DNA from: Podarcis vaucheri
Taxonomy: Eukaryota
DNA: 64,000 bases
Reading direction: 5' to 3' (one strand)
Assembly: GCA_965113315.1 (NCBI GenBank)
Contig: OZ220382.1
Below the pieces are notes generated by a model, which had not been told where the DNA came from, did no database searches, and worked only from the letters and a program-made list of their open reading frames with translations. Numbering within the stretch: position 1 is the first letter of the stretch; each line of letters starts with the position of its first letter. A program made the translations under genes and the position numbers. Shown one piece after another: positions 24,637 through 36,302 of the stretch.

Positions 24637-25599
24637 GATCTGGCTTTTAATGGCTGCAAGTTTTATTATTTCCTTTCTATGTATTTTTCTTGGGCTAATT
24701 TATCTGTTGATATTTGGCTTGGCTGTTCAAGCATACTATTGTAACTTGGTCACAGGCAGTGGGGAGATTATCTTAAAGTATTTAAAACTGCTTGGGGAAG
24801 CATTTTTTTGTCCAGGAACCCTTCCATTATCCATGGGCTTGCAGTTCTTAAGAGTTCCTCAAATGTAATAGATAAGCCCAAATAGGAATGGCTCCACCAT
24901 ATAAGTCTCTATCTCAACTGACAGCAGCTGAAGAAGCAGGGATCAAGGGTGAAACTGCACCACTAATTCTAAGCATTACAAAATTAAATTAAAAAGAAGG
25001 GCATCCCAACAAATCAAACAAATATAGGAGTTACAAGCAAAGCATCAAATTTTATGCAGCATGCATACGCGCGCGCGCACACACACCTCCTCACACTTCA
25101 CAAATTTTTGCATCTTTGTATTCCAGTAGCCATACATTGCTTTTAGGCAGACAGGCTGATGCACAGGGTAAAAGCAGATGAACAAACCTACTCCTCATTC
25201 CAAAAATCAATTGGGTTCTTTGAGCATTCCCTTTGAGCAGTCAAAAACCCCTGAAGGGTTTTATCAATCATTTGTCATAACTAATGCCTTCTGCCATATG
25301 CTATTCCATCCCCTTTCCCCAACAGAAGAAGAAAAAAAAAACATTTACACTGCGCTAGAGCACGCATGGCATAAAACTTGCCCTCAAGCCAACGAAGAAC
25401 TTCCAAGGGCACATAATCATACTGATCAAATAACAGCCAGGGCAGCTAAGAAGAGGTTCTATGCTGTCTCTATGTTGCCCAGTTGAGATTTTCTGTGTGG
25501 TCCTGAGGCTTGTCAATCCAAATACGAGGGATTTGCCCAAAACTTTGAGGATAAACTAACTTGACTCTGTAGCAACTTGAATGCCACAGCTATGGCATT

Positions 25600-25755
25600 T
25601 TGGTTGAAGTGCACCATCCCCCTCTGCCTTGTGGGATCATTTTCAATTTATGCAGCCTGATGATGCAGACAGGATACTTGTGGCTTCACTTCTGACCACA
25701 TGTCATCTTGATTCCTGCCCATCCTGGTTGGTGAAAGACTGCCAGATTGGTATGA
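25600..25755 (+). mobile_element. L2 ORF2 fragment
   Basis: WDHFQFMQPDDADRIL...TTCHLDSCPSWLVK, typical of L2 upstream of the RT domain. Confidence 0.6.
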
Positions 25756-27479
25756 CTTCTTGGGTTCAGAGTTTTCAAGTTCCCTTTATGTTGGAAGAGA
25801 TGAGATGGCAGGGGCACCTGACAAAGATTGTTTAACTTCAGGCAATTATTATATTGTAGGGGTTGTGGAAACTTTAATCAATCTGTTGGACTAAAAAAGC
25901 AAGTAATCCAACATTAAAAAAAAAACCTACTGTTTTTAGTATAAGTAATTTATATAAAAAGTGCAGTTGGCAAGCACTGTTTTAGAAGAAGCATTCCCTC
26001 TCCACTCTTACACAAGAAGGAACATGTCTTCTGAGATGATGCCTGCTGGGATACATGTGTGTGCTATTTACTGGATTTACTGCTATCAGCTGTCTTGGTC
26101 ACCCTTTAGGGAGTAAGCGAAGAACACACACATAAAAAATGGAAAACATCGTTTTTCTTCTTAAAAATTACTATTTCAGTCATATGCTTATTTTGGCTGA
26201 TTTAATCAATTGCCACTCATATACTTATCATTTATTTAATTGTGTGACAATCCTATAGATGGCTAACTTGTGTAGGGCTTATAAATGCAATCAATCAATC
26301 AATCAATCTGCACCTCCTAAGGCAAGTGTTCCTCCTCAGGGTTTCAGACAGCCTACAATGTGAGCCTTGTTCAGGCTTTTATTTAGTGGGGGAGGGGGGT
26401 AAGTAGTGGGGAAGACATAAAGGGGCACTTTTCCCATTCAACCTCACTTCTCTCAAGGCCTTCCCCTGCTGGACTGGCGACTAGTCCATTATGGCAAATG
26501 GGTCACTGCCCCACCAACCTTAGTCATTTACTCCTGCATATCACATCCTATGCAACTTATAGTAGGATGGGAAGCTGCAGTCTGGCTTTAGAACCTGCGG
26601 CTTTCTTCAAGGAGGACCCTAATTCTCGCCTTGTTTACAGAACAATGAACACACAAATGAACGTTTTGGCATGGGCTGGGATGAGCTGTTGTCAACTGTA
26701 GGTAGGGTGCTCACATTTCTAATAAAGTTTCCCATGCAAAATAGTCCAACACCCTCAATACCGGATTACCAGACAGACAGAGTAGGCACCAGCCTATGGG
26801 TGCCTTTTCGGGGGCCCACAACAACAGATCAAAATAATATTGATTTGACCTTGAAAGAAAATTACAACCAATCTTTCTTAGTTCAGTGTTTAGAGGCCTC
26901 CATGGGTTTAATACAACACTGAACATCCTGTTCTCACAGTGGCCAATCAGATGCCTGTGGGGAGCTTGCAAGCTGGACACACGTGGAACAGCACTCTGCC
27001 CTCCTGCAAGACCTAGCAACTGGTACTCAGAGGCAATCCAAATGAACAAATTGGGATTAAGAGGCAGCCCCTTTGGGTTTTCTTTGGTAATGGGGGCTAC
27101 CATGTTGCATATGGAAGCAAATATTTGAGGATCAAGCAACCCCCCTGAAGCCATTCCATGGCCTTTAAAAACAGCTTAAACTGTCCCTGGGACTTCTGCA
27201 TAGGCTAGGTTGAAAATCCAAGTGCTTGACATCAGTGACAAAGAAGAATGAAACAAAATAACTTGGCAGGAAGTTGAGCCATTTGGCTGATGGAAAAGTG
27301 GGGGGAGAAGGATTTGCAAAAGAGATAAAAGCTCCTGGAACTGGTTGCCATCTGCATAGAATACTTGTTTGTATGTTTGAGTGCAACTGTTGTGCGCAGT
27401 TGTGTACACTGTGGAATTCTGAAGACTCTGAACACAACTGATGCCAATTCCCTCTTTCAAATAAATGTGACAACTCCAT

Positions 27480-27562
27480 GACTGTTTATTTGTATATATT
27501 TTATATATGGATGCTTTATGATAGCCTATATTTGTAATGCCTAATAAAGATTTGGCGAAGAA
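27480..27562 (+). mobile_element. Very short RTE-X-like 3' end insertion
   Basis: Matches the 3' UTR at ~17430-17500; 11-bp TSD GACAACTCCAT (27469-27479, 27563-27573). Confidence 0.75.
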
Positions 27563-28882
27563 GACAACTCCATAGCTCAGCCTAACCCATTAGTACAAAA
27601 ACAAAGTATCATGCAAATTCATCTTTCCACATCAGTGTGTGTTTTCTCCAAATGAGACTATAAACTAGCACTACTGGTAATCACCATTATTTGGAAAAAT
27701 ATACTCTGACATTTTCTGCAGAATAATGTGCAAGCATTATTTGGCTAGCTTCTCCCTCACCATCAATTTCTGCCCTCCAAAGTGGCTGCATTTTATATCT
27801 TTTGCAAAGGACCATGGGAGAGTCTTCTACTATGACCACGCATCATATGAACAATAAAGTATTTTTATTCTATGTATAAATACAGACAAGTGAGACAGCA
27901 GCAGTAAGGACAAAGGTAGTTCTCCCATGGCAAAGCTTCTCTGGAGTGAGAAGATAAAGAGCAGTTTTAACAAGGTAATTTAGAGGGCATTGATAACTCA
28001 GGAGAAAAATTATTATAGACAAGAACAGTGTGTCAGCTTCAGCAAGCGTTCTTTGGTTGTCAGCAGACCATTGGCTTAATGCAGATATACTCCTTGCACT
28101 GGGCATCCATTCAGAAAGAAGCTTTGTTGAAGTGCAGTCTCAGCCTAACCAACTGCAAAACCTTGTTGCAAGGATAAAATGGGGAGGGAAACCATGAGCT
28201 GCTGTGATCATTAGGACTGGTCAGGGCTATTTTTTTTTAGCAGGAACTCACAGGAATTTAGTTCCAGCACCTCTTAGACAGGCACCATTGCCATTCTAAC
28301 AGAACGAGGGAGGTGTTCATGGTGAGTTCTGGCACCTGTTTCTCAAAAAAAAATATCACAGGGCCTGGGACTCCTGTTTCTTCTAATACACTCAACTTTA
28401 CTTTGTGTTATTTATTGCTGGTTTACTCCTGATACCTTGGTGCACGTTATCTTTCAGCCCAATCTACCTCATAGGGTTGTCGTGGGAGAAAGATAAAAAT
28501 ACAGTGGCCTAGTTTGTGCCACACATTACGAGGCAAGACAAAGACACAGAAGAAATGTGTGATTTGACCATCACCAGCATACACGAGCCTAAGTCTATGG
28601 TGTAACTTCAGTTGGTACTTAAAACTGCCCATTGGGTGCCAAGTTGGGATGTTTCAGGAGGGAGGAGTTGGACATAAATTTAATCAATAAGTAAAGGAAC
28701 TTCTACAGGAACTACATTAGATTGCACTGATTGATCTGATGTGCAGTAGTGCCTTGAAGTGGGTGGACAAAGATTGTATTGGGATGGAAGAGGGTTTTAA
28801 GACACAGCAAATGCAGTACAAAAGAAGAGCCGACAGAATGGCACCATGCCCTTCATCTGAGGAAGCAGGCTATAGTCTAGCA

Positions 28883-29735
28883 CAGTATTTGCCAAAGTGG
28901 TCGATATTGCCCCCTGGGAAGCACTGGAACCATCCAGGGATGGGGTAGTAGCCTCGGGTACAATATACAAATAAGGGGCTGGTGGAAGCATAAAGAAAGA
29001 GAAGATTTTTTTTGAAAAACCATTCGTACAGGTTTCATTTGTTGTGTAATGATGATTACCGCCAGGTCAGGCGCCAATGTGGGACAGTGGCAACCTCTCC
29101 CATGGATCCAGTGGTTGTGTTGGAGGTGAGGGATTTTCCCGGGCTTGGGTGAACCCTTTTTAGCTTCACCCAGGCCTGGGAAGTGGATCGCAGCTTGTCT
29201 GCCTATTTAGCCAATTCCTTCATCTTATTGTGGGTTCAGTGTGGTCACAAATCAAATCTGTTAACTAAAAAAATCTGGTCACAAATCAAATCTGTTAACT
29301 AAAAAAAATAAAACTGACTGCAAATAGCTAATCAAGGTGATTTAAGAATGCTGCTGACAAAATTGATAAAATTTGATAGCAGGGCACAAGATTCATTCTT
29401 CTCATAAGGATTATTTTTAATGTTATCCGTAATTTTTCTTTTTAACATTATCCTTTGTTATCTTACTTTTCTGTGTGTAATGTGAATGTTACTGTTTGAT
29501 TTTTCTTAAAAACAACAACCATAATTTCAAGCTTCAAGGTTTCTTATTTACAACAACATCTTCTTTTACCATACTGTAGGATGCCTGTAGAAATATAGAT
29601 ACTTAAAAGAAAGCAAATTTGTCACTGCATCTTTCTGTTTGTTCACTTAAAGAAGGTAGAGTTCTGGGGGGGTGGGCTGAATAACTGTTTTCCTGAAAAG
29701 GGGGTGGTAGGTCAAATAAGTCTGGGAACCTCTGG
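28883..29735 (+). mobile_element. Internally deleted hAT/Charlie transposon with a transposase C-terminal remnant
   Basis: PSSY..GFSVVTN..LTKK and GDLRMLLTKL...HSSH* remnants; degenerate CAG...CTG termini. Confidence 0.6.
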
Positions 29736-29768
29736 TACAGTAGATGCCCATGTCACAATACGTCACAC

Positions 29769-30084
29769 CAGGGATGGGGAGTATGGCCCTTGAACACTCC
29801 CTATCTGGTCCTCAGAACTCTCCCCAGGCCGTGCCTCTCACTGGCCTTGCTTTGCACCCTCTTTGAGTCTTCTTGCCAGGCTGAGATGTGTCCTTGAACT
29901 CTGATAATGCCTCTTGCTTGTGGAGAATAAAGGAGTATGTGAATGAGTTCAGAAACTAGCCTACTGCACAAAAGATAAAATTGACCTTTGTTACTCCATG
30001 CGTATTTGCCTCTGGCTTTGCGCAACAGTGCGCCCCTCCAAATGAGGAATAAAGCCCTCTGTCTGAAAAGGTTCCCCACTCCTG
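29769..30084. mobile_element. hAT-type MITE
   Basis: Termini CAGGGATGGGGA / TTCCCCACTCCTG. Confidence 0.55.
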
Positions 30085-30111
30085 CTATACAAGAAGCTGA
30101 AGATGGTACCG

Positions 30112-30342
30112 AAACAGTGTGGTGATGTAGTGGTTATGAGTGTTGGACTAGGATCTGGGAGACCTGGATTCAAATCCCTATTCACTGGGTGAACATAGTG
30201 CAGTCTTAGCCAAACCAACCGCACAGCCTTGTTGCCAGGATAAAACAAGAAGGGAAACCATGGGGGGGGGGATGGGAATAAACTATTTATGCCACCTTGA
30301 GCTCCTTGGAGGAAAGGTGCGATTTGAATCAAATAAATAAAA
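30112..30342 (+). mobile_element. MIR/Ther1-derived (Squam3-like) tRNA SINE
   Basis: GTAGTGGTTATGAGTGTTGGACTAGGATCTGGGAGACCTGGATTCAAATCCC head and (TAAA)n tail; a similar copy lies at 50925-51120 on the minus strand. Confidence 0.7.
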
Positions 30343-30794
30343 AACCTGAGGATGGTTCAGTTCACACTGAAGGCTATTTCTGTGGTGAAGGGGGTGGGTT
30401 TGCACCATTCCCCTATATTTAAAAGAACACCTCCCCACACCAGCCTGCTCTTACACCAATATTTTCTTTGGAGGACCTCCTGTATTTGAGGTGAAATAGG
30501 TGACAACCAGTGAGGAAGCCTTATCTGACATTGTACCCTTCCTTGAGAAATCCCCTCCCCATCCCACAGCACTGGTGCCCTCTAGGTGCCAGGCTAATAC
30601 ATTCTTTTTCCCCTCACACCTTTAATGCCAGTGAAATGCTAGGGTTTCCGCTTTTAACTCTGTCTTGTATTTAACCAGTTACCTGGTGAGCATAGATTGC
30701 TTCTAAGCAAATGATGGTCTGCATCAAGAGTTAGTAGCTCAGTGGTGAACACTGGTCTGCCTTTTATATATAGTGGTACCTCTGGATATGAATG

Positions 30795-31227
30795 TGTCAG
30801 GGAACTGGCATCGGAGCTAGAGGTGGAGGGAAGGCTCTCAAATGATGCTGGAGAAGGGCCCAGCAGGGAGAGAGGCAGCTCCGCAGATGGGGAAGCAAAT
30901 CAGCGCAACACCAGGGATATAGAGGGGCTGATGGGGGAATCTGCAAGAGGGCTCCAGGACTCTTCACCGGACACCAGCGGGGAGAGCACGGGTCCTCCGC
31001 TACCCATGCCCACCCTGCGCAGAAGACTTCCGCGCAGAGAGAGTAGGAGGAGACTGGGTGTCAAACAACTTTTATGTTGGAAAAGATTTAAGAAACGCCC
31101 ACTGACGGATTCTGCTAGCGACTAAGGCAGCCATGAATTGAAGGGCTGTCCAGACAGAAAGGTTTAACAAGGCAACATAACCAGGAGAGGTGGCAACTTA
31201 CGCACGAGCAACCCCATACCCACTACA
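30795..31227. mobile_element. Solo LTR (433 bp) of an LTR retrotransposon
   Basis: TGTCAGGG...CACTACA termini; perfect 5-bp TSD GAATG (30790-30794, 31228-31232). Confidence 0.9.
30796..31125 (+). CDS. Intact LTR-embedded ORF (109 codons, no ATG at the LTR edge): acidic/Gly-Ser N-part, Arg-rich C-part, function unknown
   Basis: VRELASELEVEG...GPPLPMPTLRRRLPRRESRRRLGVKQLLCWKRFKKRPLTDSASD*; conserved at protein level with 17563-17865. Confidence 0.6.
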   Translation, partial: VRELASELEVEGRLSNDAGEGPSRERGSSADGEANQRNTRDIEGLMGESARGLQDSSPDTSGESTGPPLPMPTLRRRLPRRESRRRLGVKQLLCWKRFKKRPLTDSASD

Positions 31228-32312
31228 GAATGGGATCCGTTCCGGAGCCCTGTTCGCATCCTGAATAGAACATAAGATGCGTCTGCGCGTGCGTGGGTCA
31301 TGTTTTGCCGCTTCCGCGCATGCGCGTGACGTCATTTTGAGCGTATGCGTATGAACAAGCGGCGAAACCTGGAAGTAATGCACTTCGTTACTTCTGTGTT
31401 GCCATGGAGTACAACCCGATAATATTCATCCGGAAGCTACTTCAGCCCGAGGTATGACTGTATATGAGTGGCTTGCAAAGGAGAGATTGAACAGGCCAAT
31501 ACAGAATTTGCAGCCTAGTATTTATACTATTATTAGTCGTATTTTTGTGGGGTTATTTATAATCATGTTTTAACCATGATTCAGTGTCAATTTGATTGTT
31601 ACTGTTTTATTGATATGCTTTAAATTATCCTGGAAACATTTTTTTAACTTGAAGGAGGCACAAAAACTGCTTAAGACTTCAGCATTTTCCTTCCCCATCC
31701 CAGTTGTGGATATGAACTAAGGTACTGCCTGGCAAAGCACTCTTTGAAAGCATAGGACCAAAAGAAGCTACCTTATACAGAGTCAGACCATCGGATCAAT
31801 CTAGCCATGTACCGCCTACAGTGAATGGCAGCGGCTCTTCATTTCAGATGGGAGCATCTCCCAGGCTCCTACCTGGCGATATCAGAGATTGGGCTTCTGG
31901 TTCCTGTCCGTGACTACGGTAGCCACTCTTCATTGGATAGAATGCGGAAAGCCACTTTTTGAAAAAATTGTATTACATTTATTTTAATTTCTGGTTGATT
32001 TGTTAAAATTTGGAAAATTGATAAAAAGGATTTGGCAAAAGAGAGACACATATTGGAGATTGAACCTGTGACCTTCTGCATGCAAAACAGATGCTCTACC
32101 ACTAAGCTACAGCCTTTCCCCAAGTTTTTCTGCAAAAGAAGCTTCACAATATGCAGGTTATGGTGAAGGATCTCTACCGTGCTACCTACTAAAATAATGT
32201 CTCTTGATCTAATGCTGCAATGGTGCAGTGAATTCAGAGATATTCCAACAATTTTTTGGAGTAGGCCTTCTGTGCACCCAAAAACATATCTTCTCCAGCA
32301 AAGGATGCCAAA

Positions 32313-32465
32313 GAATCATAGAAGCACCGAACTGTAGAGTTGGAAGTGGCCCTGAGGGTCATCTAGTCCAATCCCCTGTGATGCAGAAATTTCAACTAGA
32401 TCATACATGACATATGGCCGTCCAACCTCTGCTTTAAAAAACTCCAAGGAAGGACAGACCACCAC
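32313..32465 (-). mobile_element. Old CR1 3' fragment
   Basis: SFLKQRLDGHMS plus GGATTGGACTAGATGACCCTC...TTCCAACTCTAC. Confidence 0.7.
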
Positions 32466-34339
32466 AAGGAGATGGACTGATGCCAGATCTTTTGAGTTGT
32501 TGCCTCAGCACTGCGGATTCTTTTAATTAGTAAAACCATTCCTGTTCGACAGAGCTCCATTTCACTCTCAAGTTTGCATCCTCTTAGTACTAACAGAGTC
32601 TGGTCCAATATGAAGTGTGAATTTGCTTTGGTTTCCTTCACTTAGAAGACAGACGGAGAAGAGACGCCACATTTTCAGTTTAAATCCACAAGCCCATAAA
32701 GCACCATCTGTGTCTGAGCAGGACCGGCTCTCGGCTTAGCAGAATGCTCATTGCTTAAAGCAATGTGAAATTTTGCACTTTGGGGACAGAGAAAGAAAGT
32801 CATCAGAATCTCCCTGAGGATATAAACAGCTGAAATGGCTTATAGTCCTGGGTAGCAGCAGCAACACAACAACAATAGCAACAGATTTTGTCTGAGAGCA
32901 GCAGCAGGAGCTTGTGGCTGGCCAGCTCTGCCATCTTCAGCTGCCATCAGTGCAGTCAATTAAAAACACGGGGGATGTCAGAGAATGTGCAGTCCCTGCT
33001 CTGAGAAAACTCCGCTTAAAAGAATCCTGCAAAAATCAGCAAGGTTTCAAATAGCCCAGTTCCCTGCTGATTTTGTTGTACTCCAACTCCCATCAGGCCA
33101 AGCTAAAATGACCAATGATTGGGGATGATGAAGGCTGTAATCCGTCAGCATCTGGAGGATACACCTGGCCTAAATCTGATGTAGCAAAGTGCCCCCGCAC
33201 TACAGCTAACTCACTCTCTGAAATCCAGGTATTGCATTTTTGAATGCAGCGATAACTCAATTCTACTTAGAAATTAAAAACTTGTAACTAAGGTTCCCCA
33301 AGAACAGGCTGGCTGATGAATCGATTTTCAGAAGAGTCAGTCCCCAGCAGTCTTGCTTAAATTCGCTCTTCCAGCACTGCATACTCATATAAACCTCTGG
33401 ACAAATGTCTCCTAAAACTGGAAATTTAAGGAACATGTCTGTCTTAACAGGCAGCTCTTGGTCCTTTCCTGCCCTGTGTTTTCCTGTCCTTTCCTGCCCT
33501 GTCAGCATCCCTGACACCATTCTCTGACATATTTTCTTCAAGGTAAGTTCTCTGCTAGTTCACTTCTAAATCTACAAGTGAACATGAGAGGTTGTTTTAC
33601 ACAGTCTGCCCATTGGTCCAGCCTCCTTAATGCTGTTAACACTGACATACTGAAATACTCTGAATTTTCCGAAAGCGAAACCTACTGCCAGTTACACCCC
33701 CTCAGCTTCTCCCTTCCCTCATTTCAGCAGTATAAATTTTTGGGAAGAAGTGGGAAGGGAGGGTCTTTTTTTTTTGGTTGGAATTTTAAACTGAGAGTAC
33801 AAATTCTAGCTTAAATTACTAATAATCTTTGACCTACTTTCTGCCTACCATTGAATAAAAGCCACACTGCAAAATGGAAGCTAAAAGACTGGTTTCCAGC
33901 GACTACATCAAACCATTGCATGCCTACACGAGAATTTAAAAATTATTTGGCTGAACATTGAATGACACAGATAAGAAACCTTTGGCCATCCATATGTTGT
34001 GGTAGTGCAATTCCCATCACCATCCCTGGTCACTGGGCAATGTTGGCTGGAACTGAGGGGAGCCAGAGTCCAACAACCAGGTTCCTGATTCTGCTGCACG
34101 GCAGATAAGTCCTCATACCCTTTGATAAAAATGTGGTTAAAATCAGGGTCTCATTTTATGAAATATGTCTTCTCCCAACTAGTATTTGGGTCCATATGAA
34201 TGTCTGTCCTGCTTCTGAATTAATAATTAGTGCATACATAATACCACCAATGTATTCCTGATATATTTCCTGATATTGTAAGTGAGCTGGAACTGGTCTG
34301 TGACCGTAATAATAAAATTCAATTCAATAATACCACCCC

Positions 34340-34670
34340 CAGCCAAATATTTGCCACTTCGATCAGATTTGTTCTTCCTCCTTCACACTAGAAAATGGCA
34401 TGCCTTACTCCTTTGGAATTCCCTCCCATTACATATCAGACAGGCACAGTCTCTATTGTCTTTTCATTGCTTATTGAACACCCTCTTTTTTCAACAAACC
34501 TTTAAGTGGCAATTTTTAATCTTGGTCTGTTTCTCCATTGGATCTGAAATTGTTTTTGCATGTGAAGTTATTTTTAATTGTTTTTATGTTGATGCTTTTA
34601 TTGCAAAATTGCTTGAGGTAGATTTATGAGAAGTGGCTCATAAGCAGAATCAAATTAAAATAAAATACAT
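34340..34670 (+). mobile_element. Decayed L2 3' end
   Basis: LLWNSLPLHIRQAQSLLSF..LL.T.FF motif followed by a T-rich UTR. Confidence 0.55.
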
Positions 34671-36015
34671 ATTCCCTTGCAGTGTGACAAATAGCAACTT
34701 GAATTGTGTCACTCTGAAGCTGCTCCTTCCTTTTAATGGTACTTCCCACAAGATGCTTGAAAACATCAGAACTACTCTTTGGAAAAGACAAATCCTTTGC
34801 TGGTAGTTCTTACAGTAAAGTACATACACTCATTCTGATAACATAGACCATCAAGGACAAGACAAGAGAGACTAATAGTAGCTACTTGCCCAAAACAAGA
34901 ACAATTTCTTTTATAAAAATGCATATAACTAAGTTTCTTTGCTGCGAAACTGGTGCAATCTTAAATTAAGGGTCAAGAAAGCAACTCATTTCATTAAATA
35001 CAATCCGATTAACCCTAACCTGATTAGGTTAAGTGGATATAGCAGTCCATAAAGGGGAACAAAACTCATTCAGGCCAGTAACCTGTTAGTTATTTGAAAG
35101 AAAGAGTAAATGAAAGTTTCACAGAAAGGCTACCTAGCAGCTATAACCCAAATAGATTTTCAGAGAACTTATGATAAAGTGCTGTCTAAAAGATTAAATA
35201 AAGTAAATGTCTAATGAGTAAGATGCACATAGTCTTTGCATGCACACACATCCAGCAACTGTTATCCACTAGCATATCCACCTCTGACTGCTATCACAGC
35301 TAATCAATGCAAATGATTAGTAGAAATGTAGGGCATGTTGAATTTTTCAATTATCGCATTCCTAAAATGAGGGGTGCTATGAAGCTGTCATATGTCTTGG
35401 GAATTCAGAAGATATTCTGGTTAAATTAACATTTGGTTTTGCTTGGTAGGTAACTGCATAAAAATATTGACTTTTTATGTTTCTGTGAAATTTCCAATAA
35501 TTTTAAACTTGTTTCATTTAAAAGTTATGAAAAAATGTGTGTAATATTGCATAAAATCATTAAATATGATTGCCAAGTACTTTCAGTTATATTATATATG
35601 CCTGAGCTTAACAAACAAGTCAAGAAGCAAAGCAGCAAGAATATGAGAGAAGGTTTGCTGAATATAAGCAAAGAACTAAGCAGGATGCTTCCATACCATC
35701 AATTGAAATTTTCTCTGCTGGTGAAAATGAAAAAACCAAGTGTGCCTTCTACTTCTAATAAAACGTCAGAGCACAACACATTAGAAATACATTGTGTTTT
35801 TATGCAGAGTATCATATGTATGGTGTAGGCCTGCGTGCTACAGCTGCCATCATCACTGTCACCTGTATGGTCGCTGGCTTGGTCACCGAGGAAGAAAAGA
35901 GACTTGTATTGATCACAATAAAGTCAAGAGCATCCAATAAAAAGTTATGAAATCCCTGGATCAGGAATTTATCTTCATCAAAAAAATCTTCTTCTGCATC
36001 TTCTTTGACGGCTGT

Positions 36016-36302
36016 GAAGAAGAAGAAGAAGAAGAAGAAGAAGAAGAAGAAGAAGAAGAGGAGGAGGAGTTTGGATTTGATATCCCGCTTTATCACTACC
36101 CGAAGGAGTCTCAAAGGGGCTAACATTCTCCTTTCCCTTCCTCCCCCACAACAAACACTCTGTGAGGTGAGTGGAGCTGAGAGACTTCAGAGAAGTGTGA
36201 CTAGCCCAAGGTCACTCAGCAGCTGCATGTGGAGGAGCGGAGACGTGAACCCAGTTCCCCAGATTGCAAGACTACTGTTCTTAACCACTACACCACACTG
36301 GC
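36016..36302 (-). mobile_element. Young Squam3-like tRNA SINE with a (CTT)n tail
   Basis: Minus strand GCCAGTGTGGTGTAGTGGTTAAG (A box), GGGTTCACGTCTCC (B-box-like), GTGACCTTGGGCTAGTCAC core; (GAA)n at 36016-36059 on plus. Confidence 0.85.

Larger units (their letters stand above)
30771..31460. mobile_element. Tc1/mariner-type MITE, family D, interrupted by a solo LTR
   Basis: TA|TAGTGGTACCTC...GAGGTATGACTG|TA; colinear with 50273-50524 once 30795-31232 is removed. Confidence 0.8.

Noticed and set aside
24318-24659. ORF DLLKGLGASAYDFTRDNILCEK as a possible exon
   Set aside because: The acceptor is preceded by a (TG)n(CG)n microsatellite rather than a pyrimidine tract; no homology recognised.
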